Shown here: piece after piece, positions 1 through 10,858 of the stretch
How positions within the stretch are numbered: position 1 is the stretch's first letter
How the letters are laid out: every line of letters begins with the position of its first letter
Made by a program: the position numbers and the translations under genes
NCBI GenBank assembly: GCA_032718475.1
Contig: JAUCBJ010001140.1
Location: forward strand, 124,001-188,000
Length of the DNA: 64,000 nt
Source: Nemertoderma westbladi
Taxonomy: Eukaryota; Animalia; Xenacoelomorpha
Direction of reading: 5' to 3'
Notes under the pieces: generated by a model
What the model saw: the letters and a program-made list of their open reading frames with translations, nothing else
Databases searched by the model: none
What the model was told of the DNA's origin: nothing

Positions 1-369
1 ATAATCAAAATATTACAGTTAAGGATTTTAATGTTTCTGAAATGTTTTTCTCTTCCTTCCGTTTTCTGTCTTGCCTTTATATAATGTTATCCTACATAAT
101 CTCTCCCATGCATAACTAACTACTTTATCTATTCTACAATGTAACTAATGGTAGACATACAAATATTATTTAGAACGGAATAAGAAAAGATAATAAAATG
201 GGAATTAATGTTTACTACACTACATATGTGGTCTTCATGCTTTTAACTTAGTGTCTATATTATTAGTGATTTATGTGACTATATATTAAATGTCAGTTCT
301 GGTTATTCTAGTTCCATTCCTACTAAATATTCAGGCATGCACAACTTTACATAGTAACACGGCATTACA
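1..369 (-). repeat. 3' LTR (partial, cut by window edge)
   Basis: Identical by eye to 4673-5041; ends ...GGCATTACA. Confidence 0.95.
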
Positions 370-401
370 GATCTCCCCCAATTTTGAAATGGAATCACAA
401 G

Positions 402-3400
402 TTATTTTTTAGGAAGATTAAAATGTACAATTTTCGAACCACTATGAGTTTTGATGGTGTTATAGGAGGGTTCGGTGTGTAGTTGCTGTTCTCGTTCCTT
501 TGCGGGTTGTTGTTTTACTTTAGTCTGAGTTCCGTAACAGGGCTTTAACCTGTCAATAGAAACAGTTTGTTCTCCTTTTGGTGTTATTAGTGTAAAGTAT
601 TTGTCCGATCTACTACTCACTTTAAATGGGCCATTGTATGGCGCCTCTAGCGGCTTTCGGATGCGATCGATTCGAACAAAGACTTTGTCGCATGTATCCA
701 GGTCTTTTGGAATATGAATTTGTTTGTAATATCGTCTTGTCTCGTCTTGATCGATGGCTGTAGTTTGTGCTATAAAACCGAGTTGTGTTATATGTTGATG
801 TAACTTATCTACAAACTCGAGGTTGTAAGTGCTATCAGTGGGGTTGATCATGATAGCTGGTAACATCGGTTTTGATCCTGTTACTAGTTCGAATGGGGAT
901 ATTCCTGTTACGTGTGAGGGGGTAATTCTGTAGCTGAATAAAACGACAGGAAGGGCTTGTATCCAATCTTCACCTCGGGCTTTTAGAGCATTCTTAAGTA
1001 CTCTATGAAAGCGTTCTATCTTTCCGTTTGCCTGGGGGTGGTATGCTGTAGTGCGGAGACGGTGAAATCCAATAACTTTGGACACTTGAGATAATAATTC
1101 CGATTCAAATTGTGATCCGCGATCTGTAGTCATGTGTAGGGGAACTCCATAATGTGAAAACCAAACGTCGAGAAAAGTAGTGGCTATATCCTCTGCCGTG
1201 ATGCTGGCTACTGGTTTGGCTTCAACCCAACCAGTATGGCGGTCTATGAAAGTTACAATGTAACGTTCTGGGCTTGAATGTGTAGGTAAGGGTCCGACGA
1301 TGTCACTGTGGATATGTGAGAATCGTGAAGTGAGTGGAAACTCTTTCAGTGGTGCTTTAGCATGTCTTGTAATCTTGGCTTTTTGGCATTGTATACAACT
1401 ACGAACCCAGTTCGTAATATCTCGTTTGGCATCATACCATATGTATCGGTCTGTAATCAGACGGATTGATGATTTAACGCCAGGATGAGCTAGTTTATGT
1501 AATTCGTCAAATATAACCTTGCGACATCGTCTGGGGAGTATAGGTCTCGGTTGTACCATTGATATATCACATAGTAAGTCCTGGGAAGTAGCAGTCTTAA
1601 ATATTTTAAGTTTCAATGAATGTTTTTCTGGAAGGAGGGTCATTTCTTCTTTTTGTAATTTAGAAATATCATCTAAACCAAAATAATCAATATAAGTAGA
1701 AGCTATATTCCGTGAGAGTGTGTCGGCGACTATATTAGCTTGGCCAGGTATATATTCTAATTGATCAATAAATTCAGTGAGATAAGACAATTGTCTATTT
1801 TGTCTTGGAGATAAACTCTCGGATTTAGTAAAATCTCCAACAAGTGGTTTCTGATCAGTATATAGTGTCACATGGCGACCTTCGATCATTGATCGAAAGT
1901 AAACTGTGCTGTCATAAGCAGCAAGTAATTCCCTTTCGAATGCGGACATTATTGATTCCTTTGGAGTAAGACGGCGTGAATAGAAACAGAGAGGAACAGT
2001 TTCTTCTCCACTTTGAACCTCATGAAGTGCAGCACCAATTGCAACTGCAGAAGCATCGGTTGTCAGGGACAACGGGGAGTCTTGCAGGGAAGGATGGTGG
2101 AGTTTGATTGAATTAGTTAGTGCCAACTTTAGATCTGCAAATGCAGATGAGTGTTGTAAAGTCCATTCTTTGTCTAGAAATTTCCGTTGTGGGATTTTCT
2201 TTGAGGTAGGTTGAGTGGAAGCTAATAGATTTTGTAGTGGGTGCACAATTTTGCTGAATTGAGGTACAAATCGTCGATAAAAGTTGAACATTCCGATAAT
2301 ACGGCGAAGTTCAGAGTAACTCTTTGGTTCAGGTAATGCAGAGAGTGTAGCTATGCGATCTTTGGGTGGGGCAACCCCATCTGCTGATACTTCAAACCCT
2401 AAAAAGGTTAGTTGCGGTTTTAACCAATCGCACTTACCAAAGTTTGCCTTCAAGTTATGTTGGCGGAGGCGTTCGAACACAACTCGTAAATGTTTCATAT
2501 GTTTTTCCACATCTGTGCTATGAATTAGAATATCATCTAGGTAGAGGTATACAAAATCAAGATCTCCAAGTGTTTCGTTCATTTTGCGCTGAAATGTTTG
2601 TGCAGCGTTACGTAGACCATAAGGCATGCGAACAAATTCAAACAGCCCAAATGGAGTTGTGACAGCAGTTTTGGGTATATCTTCTTCAGATACTGCTATT
2701 TGATTATAGGCTCGAACGAGATCTATGCGACTAAATATTTTTGAACTTTTTAATTGAGAGTTAAAATGTTGTATATGTGGTATTGGGTAGCGATCGGGTT
2801 GAGTTACATTATTTAAGGCTCGATAGTCACCACATGGTCGCCATTGGTCTTTGATATTTGGTTTAGGCGCCATATGGAGTGGAGAAGCCCATGGGCTACT
2901 AGAAGGGCGTATAATTCCTTTTTCTTGTAAATCTGCAAATACTTGTTTGGCAATTGCTAATTTTGGTCCTGAGAGTTGCCGTGGTTTCGCAAATACTGGT
3001 TGGCATTCATTGGTAATTATCCGGTGTACTGTATGTGATGCGGGTTTTCCATCAAACGCGGCATCGATATCAAATACATCTGAATAATCCTGTAGGAGTT
3101 TATCTAGATTTGTATCAGAATGGTGTACGGAGATTTTATACACTGATGCATGATCAGCTTGAGTAATGGGTGTTATGTGTGTTCGCAAGTTAGTTGTACT
3201 ATCAACTATTTCTCGATCTTTGCAGTTCAATATCATATTATGATGTGATAAACAATCAAGTCCAATTATATTATCCCGTACATCGGCAATGTAAAATGTC
3301 CATGGGAATTTTCGTCGGAATAATAAAATGTGTAAAGTTACTTTTCCAAATACAGTTATCGGAGAACCGCTAGCACTGCGTAACTGAGTATCTGTAGATT

Positions 3401-3662
3401 CCCAAATAAAGTTTTTTATTGTTCCAGGACGAATAATGCTTACCTGAGAACCAGTGTCAATAAGAAAGGAAAGCTTGAGTTCAGTGTCACCAATCGAGTT
3501 TGAGATTGCTGCGGTAACTTTAAAGACGGCAGCTCCCTCAGTGGTCGCAGCTGAGACACTGAGGGGTGTTAGTTTTCCGAGCGAGTGGGAGAAGTGGCTT
3601 GGGAGTTTGGTCTGGACGATTCCACTATATGACTGGGTTTTATGGCTGGCCACCGGCACCAA
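402..3662 (-). CDS. pol: Pol polyprotein (aspartic protease, reverse transcriptase, RNase H, integrase); probably entered by -1 frameshift near 3572-3578
   Basis: LIDTGS protease; WASPLH..WRPCGDYRALN and YLDD RT; TDAS..ERELLA..TDQKPL RNase H; H-H-C-C zinc finger, HSDIVGP, TDRGSQF, IERFHR integrase; GPF (GPY/F) module. Confidence 0.96.
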   Translation of the reverse strand: MVPVASHKTQSYSGIVQTKLPSHFSHSLGKLTPLSVSAATTEGAAVFKVTAAISNSIGDTELKLSFLIDTGSQVSIIRPGTIKNFIWESTDTQLRSASGSPITVFGKVTLHILLFRRKFPWTFYIADVRDNIIGLDCLSHHNMILNCKDREIVDSTTNLRTHITPITQADHASVYKISVHHSDTNLDKLLQDYSDVFDIDAAFDGKPASHTVHRIITNECQPVFAKPRQLSGPKLAIAKQVFADLQEKGIIRPSSSPWASPLHMAPKPNIKDQWRPCGDYRALNNVTQPDRYPIPHIQHFNSQLKSSKIFSRIDLVRAYNQIAVSEEDIPKTAVTTPFGLFEFVRMPYGLRNAAQTFQRKMNETLGDLDFVYLYLDDILIHSTDVEKHMKHLRVVFERLRQHNLKANFGKCDWLKPQLTFLGFEVSADGVAPPKDRIATLSALPEPKSYSELRRIIGMFNFYRRFVPQFSKIVHPLQNLLASTQPTSKKIPQRKFLDKEWTLQHSSAFADLKLALTNSIKLHHPSLQDSPLSLTTDASAVAIGAALHEVQSGEETVPLCFYSRRLTPKESIMSAFERELLAAYDSTVYFRSMIEGRHVTLYTDQKPLVGDFTKSESLSPRQNRQLSYLTEFIDQLEYIPGQANIVADTLSRNIASTYIDYFGLDDISKLQKEEMTLLPEKHSLKLKIFKTATSQDLLCDISMVQPRPILPRRCRKVIFDELHKLAHPGVKSSIRLITDRYIWYDAKRDITNWVRSCIQCQKAKITRHAKAPLKEFPLTSRFSHIHSDIVGPLPTHSSPERYIVTFIDRHTGWVEAKPVASITAEDIATTFLDVWFSHYGVPLHMTTDRGSQFESELLSQVSKVIGFHRLRTTAYHPQANGKIERFHRVLKNALKARGEDWIQALPVVLFSYRITPSHVTGISPFELVTGSKPMLPAIMINPTDSTYNLEFVDKLHQHITQLGFIAQTTAIDQDETRRYYKQIHIPKDLDTCDKVFVRIDRIRKPLEAPYNGPFKVSSRSDKYFTLITPKGEQTVSIDRLKPCYGTQTKVKQQPAKEREQQLHTEPSYNTIKTHSGSKIVHFNLPKK

Positions 3663-4468
3663 TGTTTACAACGCCTTGCTTTCTCACCATAGAAAATATG
3701 GAAGCGACATATTTTCGGCTTCTGTCCTTCCGAAAATGGGTAAATCACTCCGCTTATTGGTTTTGTATTATATTCTCGGGCTGGAGTGTTGTTATCACGA
3801 AAACGTGAGCGTGACGGTCGATGTTGTGGTGAGTCGTACTCATGATTAATTATCCCCGATTCTCGTGGTTGTGGTGGTGGTTGTGGTTGGTATACTGGTG
3901 CAGAACTAAACATAGGAACTGGTTGTGGGGATTGCGAGGTAAACTGTAGGATTGTATCGGCCAATGCTGCGAATGCTTCTGGTGGCAGTTGCTGGTGTGC
4001 TATTAAAGCAGATCGAGCACTGATTGGTAGAGCTTGCAGAAGTTTATGTCGCACTAAGTCGTCATCAGCGGTTAGGTTACACTCGTTTAGTTTTCTTTTA
4101 ATCCGAAGGTAAACTAAGGACGGTTTCTGCCCATCCAACGAAACCTGTCCCAGAGCCTCTTCTAGCAGTTCAGATTTAGTTTTCTGATAAAGTTGTAATA
4201 TCGTTGATTTAATCTCGTCATAAGTGTTAATTTCTCCTGCGATGTTTAGCGCTACATCTTCAGGAAGATTCGCCATGACATGGTGGAATTTTGTAGCCGG
4301 ATTCGTGATGTTTGCTAGAGTAAAATGAGATTCCAACATCCGGAACCAAACACTCGGGTTGGATCGAAAAAATACCGGAGGTTTGACGGTTACTCGTGCG
4401 ATTTGTTGTGGAACTGCGAAATCACCACCACCCATTTCTTCTAATGTGTTTTCCTCTCCTTCGGCCAT
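3569..4468 (-). CDS. gag: Gag protein with CHCC zinc motif
   Basis: N-terminal VKPPVFFRSNPSVWF motif; C-X2-H-X9-C-X3-C (CRFHIFYGEKARRCKHWC), the CsRn1-clade Cys-His box; overlaps pol. Confidence 0.92.
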   Translation of the reverse strand: MAEGEENTLEEMGGGDFAVPQQIARVTVKPPVFFRSNPSVWFRMLESHFTLANITNPATKFHHVMANLPEDVALNIAGEINTYDEIKSTILQLYQKTKSELLEEALGQVSLDGQKPSLVYLRIKRKLNECNLTADDDLVRHKLLQALPISARSALIAHQQLPPEAFAALADTILQFTSQSPQPVPMFSSAPVYQPQPPPQPRESGIINHEYDSPQHRPSRSRFRDNNTPAREYNTKPISGVIYPFSEGQKPKICRFHIFYGEKARRCKHWCRWPAIKPSHIVESSRPNSQATSPTRSEN

Positions 4469-4551
4469 TTCTTTCCTTTTTTTTTTCCTTTTTATTTATT
4501 TATTTATTTATTTATTTATTTTTTTTTTTTTTTTGAGTTTCGCAAGTTCAG

Positions 4552-4569
4552 ATCTCGTCCGGGTCACCA
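4552..4569 (-). promoter_or_regulatory. Primer binding site, tRNA-Trp-like
   Basis: Minus strand TGGTGACCCGGACGAGAT, 2 nt after the 5' LTR; differs at two positions from the tRNA-Trp PBS TGGTGACCCCGACGTGAT. Confidence 0.85.
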
Positions 4570-4571
4570 AA

Positions 4572-5041
4572 TGTAAAGGTTATTATGGATGTTATATTTC
4601 AATAAAATAAAGTTTATTTAGTTTTCTATATTTATTATGACCTTTACATAATTGAGATAATAATAAAATATGATAATCAAAATATTACAGTTAAGGATTT
4701 TAATGTTTCTGAAATGTTTTTCTCTTCCTTCCGTTTTCTGTCTTGCCTTTATATAATGTTATCCTACATAATCTCTCCCATGCATAACTAACTACTTTAT
4801 CTATTCTACAATGTAACTAATGGTAGACATACAAATATTATTTAGAACGGAATAAGAAAAGATAATAAAATGGGAATTAATGTTTACTACACTACATATG
4901 TGGTCTTCATGCTTTTAACTTAGTGTCTATATTATTAGTGATTTATGTGACTATATATTAAATGTCAGTTCTGGTTATTCTAGTTCCATTCCTACTAAAT
5001 ATTCAGGCATGCACAACTTTACATAGTAACACGGCATTACA
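4572..5041 (-). repeat. 5' LTR (470 bp)
   Basis: TGTAAAGG...CATTACA, adjacent to the PBS, duplicated at window start. Confidence 0.95.
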
Positions 5042-7176
5042 AAACCTCTCTGAAACAATAAAAATACCTACAAAAAAATACGCAGTAATAAATATTAGTT
5101 ACTGCAGTAAACATATAATAATTACTGCAGTAACAAATATTTATTACTGCAGTAACAAATATTTATTACTGCAGTATTTTTTGGAGGCATATTTATTGTT
5201 TTATAGAGGTTTTTATTTCTTATATTTTACCCTATAGTCAAAGTCAATATACCCCATACCATTGCCAGTTTCAGGCAGGACTGTATGGAATGACTGACAG
5301 TACTACTTTGAAATCTTTGAGGACACTTTGTCATTTTCTTGGACCACTTTTAGAACTTTGAGACACTTTTAGTTCTTTGAGAAAATCTCAAAGAACAGAT
5401 GCACTTTGAGACCCCGACTGTATATACAGTAGTTGGTGCCTTAGCAACAATTGTGACAAAAGAGCCAAAAGATTTTTGTGAGTAACTATGGGGTATAAAT
5501 TACAAAAATATTATACGTAGTGGAACTTGTTATATTTATTGCAGCTCATTATTAAGAAATAGGCGTAACACAAGCCAAACAAAAGGTAGAGTAGCGGGGA
5601 GAATAAGAATAAAAATAGTTATGTTCCAGAATAATAAAATTAATTTTGTAATAAGCTGTGATTTAATGGGGAATGAATCACATTTACAAGGTAGGCCTTA
5701 TTGTCCCACATTGGTAAGGTAAGTGATGTAAATATTATAAAATTGCACTAAAGGAAATTTAATAAATTCCACTAGGCCTACTGTATGTTAGCAAATTTTT
5801 TTCACAGAATTCGAATTGTACTGTATGTACTGTACACGTACAACAGTAGGCGTATTGTTTTTACAGAGGTGTAATAATTGTTTCTTAGTTTTAGTTTAAA
5901 AACCGCAATTTTATGATATAACGAGTCCATATTTGGGAACAAGGGTTTTCGAGGTCGACAAATTTGATGGGCTGGGTCAAATTCTATCTTTTACAGTAGT
6001 AGATACTTTGTGTTAAGGGGGTGGGGTAGCCCCCCCCCCAGTTTTGCGCCGGAAGGTTTGAACTTTGAAGGCGATTATCTCGGAATGACATTCTATCGCA
6101 CGAAAAATTCCAACTCCTCCGCCATTTCTTATCCGTATTTTGCCATTTTTGCTTTATATAAAAGGTTATTTCATGAGCTTCAATAGATTTCACGGCCTTT
6201 TCTTAATTTAATTATATTTCCCCATTTTTTGAATGAAAAATTACAAAAAACATGGGTTGTTTCAGTTTTTCAAATTGTAGTATTTTAGTTTTAATTTAAA
6301 TTTTAGTATTAAGACTTTTACTCTTTTATTTACTCTAGTAATTACACTTTTACATGGCACATATTGTGGTCTATTTGCCTTTTGAACATCCTGCCCATTG
6401 ATTCGATTCCTTGCATTGTTTTGGTTCGATTCCTAGCCGTTTGGACTAAACTCGAAATTGAAGCAGTTGTTAAAAACTTTGGGTTAAATGTACAGTATTC
6501 AATCCGGACTCTTAGAATGCAATCAAGATGAATTTTATTGAATTAAAATTTTAATACTAAAATGCATAATTTATTGTTCCAGAAATAATTTATTATTTAA
6601 TACCTGAAGAATATAAACATAATTGATTCTATTGATTGATTGATTATATTCTATATTATTTTTTTTAAAAATAAAATATGAATGTTGTCGATCTCGGGTT
6701 TTATTTAATTTTTTAACAACTATTTACACCTCTTATACCTAGAAAACGGATCCAACTCCCTGTGGTTTGTAACCTGTCTCTTTATAAAATAACTATACAT
6801 TAAATTATATACATATACAGTGTATGCAGTAAACATGCATCCATCGTGTTTTTGGCGACTTCAGCTTTATAGACAAAAACACCCAGTCTCAAGACAGGTT
6901 CGTTATACTGTATATACTGAAATATATCAATCATTAAACAAATATCAATAAATAACAGTTTATGCCTGGTACTGTATCGGGGATTGCCCCCTGTCAATAT
7001 GTACACGTTTTCTGAACCCAGATAGTTATGCTGCCGTATTTTGGGCGAATACGACAGGCTACTGTATTATACAGTACGTTTGTTGTGGTTAGTAACGTAA
7101 TGGGTAGTTAGTATCACATGCAAAGTATTGTATTGCATTCTACAGTACTTCTGGCTAGGCCTGGCCTAGAGTAGAA

Positions 7177-9153
7177 GGGCAATTCCATCGTTACGGACTC
7201 ACATTCATACGCAATTTTCGAATTTAATTGGCATATTTAATTAATAACTTTACAATATAAATAACATTTACCTATGGCGGCTGATGGATTAATGGTACAT
7301 CTTTACTTTGACTTATAAAAAAGAGTTGTATCTCATTTGATTCATAGGATATTGTAAATATAGTGCCCGTTACGGACTCACATGCAAATGGACAAAGAAA
7401 AATTACCCAATTGTATTTTGACAAATTCTCTTGAAATGTTTAACGCCATACGTTATAACTTTCACAATGCGAGGTAGATACATCAAATTTTGTAAATTTG
7501 TAAGTTAATAGCAGAAACATATGGTGGTAAACCTCATTTATAGAGAAATTGTTCGTTACGGACTCACAGAAAAAATTGTTACGGACTCACACTTGAAATC
7601 GTTATGCACTCGTTATTTTGTTTTGACAAAAAAGAGCAACGACCAATGAATGTTTATGGTATTTATTCAATAAATATATTTATTGCTTATATACCTTTCG
7701 CTTTCACAATGTACCTTAAGTATCACTATTAGATATATCTTTAATAGTGTTCATATTTTGAGTAGGCATATTTGGTGTGTGTATAATAGTGTATATTTAA
7801 TATCCTATAAGTTCATATGACCATAATTTGTTAAAATGACCAATTTCTAATTCTTTCACAACATAAATACCACGTTCACGGAACATTTTTTATACTGGAA
7901 AATAAATTTTGAACAGTATTTCGTTGTATTTATGTTTTACGATCACTACTATCACAGTACTTAAGTTATTCCACCTTGGCGTAGTTGGTTAAATCGGTGG
8001 TATTGAAATCACATCTCTCCTTGAGTCGTGGGTTCGATCCCATCATGGGGGCTAGGGTAGTTTTCGTTTCGGCAAGAATACTTTAAAGACCATAAAGGGA
8101 CTTATTAGCCAGGGCGCATCTCTTCCTTCCGTAAATGGTAGCTAAATGAGAACTGGAGTTTCCCCTGGGGAATATAGGAGGGGACCGCACTGGAAATATA
8201 CACTTTATTATTGAGACTTTGTGCGTAATCCCAGGCCTAACTGACGATATGTTTTGTATCTCAATCCATCATTCGCTCACTCGTTTCATGAAATCTTGGC
8301 GAACTTCGAGTGTATCATACTATACCATCTTGGTCAGTAACTTCTGTCATCCGTGATATATGCCGTTTGGCCCTTTCGGCCCAGAAATGTGAGTATTAGA
8401 CGTAAGAGACAGGATTAAACGGGCGCAATGCAAAATGTCGTACATTAGGATGATGTATGAATGAATACGTTCGAATGTACTGTCGATGGACAATTGTCAG
8501 ACTAAAAGGAGCTGAATACTTTCAGTTTACATAGTGAATAATGTATACAAAGCAGAATGATTCTTACCTAACCTACCGCCTGGTGAGTCCGTAACGGAAA
8601 ATTTGTGAGTCCGTAACGCTATTCTTAAACAGTTCAGCTGCAATACAGACCATAGAGACCTAATGGATGGTTTTGATTGGTTGTAAATCCAAAGGAAAAT
8701 GATTGTCAGTGCAATACACATGCGGGGTGTACTCCAAATTAAAACTTTAAGTACTTTTCGTTACGGAATCACATAATTCTGTAGGCCAAATCTAAAATTT
8801 TTGAAACATTGAATACACAATGCTATTCTGTCAATATTCAAATTTTTATCATCAATAAGCTTTTAATAAATGTTGAATTTTCGGTTGGTGTAATTACCTG
8901 TCTTAATCAAACAATTTCAATGGTAGTAAGATTATGTCAAAAATGACATGTAATAATTTCTGCAAATTTGAAAATACGTAAAAAAATTTCTCATATTCAA
9001 TAATGAAAAACCAGTTGTTACCCTCAAATAAATTAAGAATCCGTCACTTTTATTAAAAATGTATTTCTTTCTCTTCATTTTGATACCAAAATTATGCTGA
9101 TTAGATGAATTTTTATTTTCGACATAAGTATTACATCAATGGTGGAATTGCCC
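7177..9153. mobile_element. Non-autonomous TIR DNA transposon, Sola2-like
   Basis: TIR GGGCAATTCCA / TGGAATTGCCC; 4-bp TSD AGAA on both sides; internal motif GTTACGGACTCAC repeated in both orientations (about 7190, 7368, 7555, 7578, 8584, 8606). Confidence 0.7.
7972..8250 (+). mobile_element. tRNA-derived SINE (3' end approximate), nested in the Sola-like element
   Basis: Pol III A box TGGCGTAGTTGG (7977-7988) and B box GGTTCGATCCC (8031-8041), followed by a non-tRNA body; no proper acceptor stem. Confidence 0.65.
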
Positions 9154-9176
9154 AGAAGCAGTTTCACAGCAAAATA

Positions 9177-9360
9177 CAGTACCGCTTTCAAATAACGTCG
9201 TATTGGTTCCTAATAGGATCCTATTAGGATCCAAGTCACTGATTCACTACTATAGGAGTTAGGATTTAATTGGAAATGAAATTTAGCCCAAATTCCAGAC
9301 TTGGAGGCACTTAGGATTTGACTTGGATTTCATTAGGAATTTACTTGGAAATCGGCGCTT
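9177..9360 (+). repeat. Left arm of a Tc1/mariner-like MITE (inverted partner at 20860-20960)
   Basis: TA|CAGTACCGCTTTCAAATAACGTCGTATTGGTTCCTAATAGGATCC resembles the reverse complement of 20905-20960, which ends ACTG|TA. Confidence 0.55.
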
Positions 9361-9479
9361 ACTTTGATGTCTGGAAGGTGGACTGACTCAGACTATGCTT
9401 GTGCTGGTCTACTTCTTCTCTATCCTGTCAATCATTAAGTTGTATAGAATGGAGTAGACTCGGCATAAAGTTTGCGTAG

Positions 9480-9700
9480 TGTGGGGCGAGCCACGAAGTG
9501 AGTGAGCCTTAGCGTAGTGGTACCATTAATCAACCTGTCGTTCTGTCGTTCTGTCGTTCTGTCGCGTCCAATTTTAAACGTTAATAACTCAGCCAATCTT
9601 TGATGAAATCTATCCAAACTTGGTACACATGTTGTTTGGCAAAAGTTTAGAAATTTTCCAAGTAGAATTTCCGTGTGGCCTTCGAGAAGCTAAGATAATA
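9480..9700 (+). mobile_element. Helentron/DINE-like non-autonomous fragment
   Basis: GC-rich subterminal motif GGGGCGAGCCACGAAG (inverted relative at about 21350-21380), (CTGTCGTT)n microsatellite, then AAACTTGGTACACATG motif typical of these elements. Confidence 0.4.
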
Positions 9701-10565
9701 GCAGTTAATTAGTTAATTAAGTTGATTACGGTAAAAACACCATTTTCAACCTGCCTTTTAAAGGAAATTAATTGTTTTACAGTATAAGATTTAAATAATT
9801 ATACTTAAAAATTATACAGATGTAATCCACATACGCCATTCTATTATAGTTTTTAATTAGTTCAAGTGATTTGCTTTATTAATTGTGTCTTTAATTGATC
9901 TAAAGTAATTAAAACGTCATAAAAAATTGATTCTTTAAATACAGCTCATTTATTGGCTAACATGCTGGTACGATGGAAGGATGTGTGTGTAAGGCAGCTA
10001 TTTGCTGGGAATGATTATTGGTCAAGTCTCTGCTGGTGTGGAGCTAGCTGGCTTGGAGTTGTGGCTGTAGACTAACCAGAGAGGAATTGTACTGTAATAG
10101 GCAACCAGTATTGCTATTCAAGCCCAGACATCATTCTTGAAATCCAACATCCCAACATCCTTCCTGTATTGACTCTACTATAAGTGTTGTATTGCTATCT
10201 CAGGTAAATGACAGATATAATAACATAAATACAATCCATGGCATGGCTGTTGTGTAGGCTTCTGAAATAGTTTATTCCACAATGTATATGTCTGGTTATT
10301 TTTTAATTGAATTTTTGCAAAGTAGTAAAATTAATGTTCTTAAAAATAATATTATTATTTTATATGTAACCTAGGAAATTAGCTACATTTTTTCGCTGCA
10401 GCTTTAAGAGTGTACATTGATTTAATATTATTTCAATACCCATATTACTACATCGGCATAAGATGCGTTGGCGTTGTATCACACATCTCCACATATCACA
10501 CATCTCCACATAAATGTATCAACAGTTACTCGCACAGTTTCGAAACTTCGCATAGTTATAACTGT

Positions 10566-10858
10566 ATAAAGATCGTCAGTCTGCGTTTAGGAAAAATATT
10601 TTATGACAAAACAGGACAAGAGACGAGCGCAACGAGGCATATAATGAAGACGAGTACTGCGTTGACTAAATTGTTATATAAACCACCTGGCTTCACATAT
10701 TGATCGCATCCCTAGTTATTATTATTATAAAGATCGTCCTAGCCTGCGTTTAAGAAATATATTTAAATACAAAACATGACGAACGCAAAGAGGCTTATAA
10801 TGAAAACGAGTACTGCGTTTATTATATTCCTATAAACCACCTGGCTTTGCATATTTAA
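10566..10858. repeat. Diverged tandem duplication of about 160 bp
   Basis: ATAAAGATCGTC...GAGTACTGCGTT...AAACCACCTGGCTT occurs twice. Confidence 0.7.

Larger units (their letters stand above)
1..5041 (-). mobile_element. Gypsy LTR retrotransposon, CsRn1-like clade, apparently intact (3' LTR runs off the window start)
   Basis: Direct LTRs (1-369 matches 4673-5041), TG...CA ends, tRNA-Trp-like PBS, purine tract GGGGGAG before the 3' LTR, gag plus pol (PR-RT-RH-IN order) both open. Confidence 0.96.

Noticed and set aside
5866-6732. MITE with GAGGTGTAA termini
   Set aside because: Short inverted match and no TSD; boundaries cannot be supported
7972-8050. Functional tRNA gene
   Set aside because: A and B boxes are present but there is no convincing acceptor stem; better explained as a SINE head
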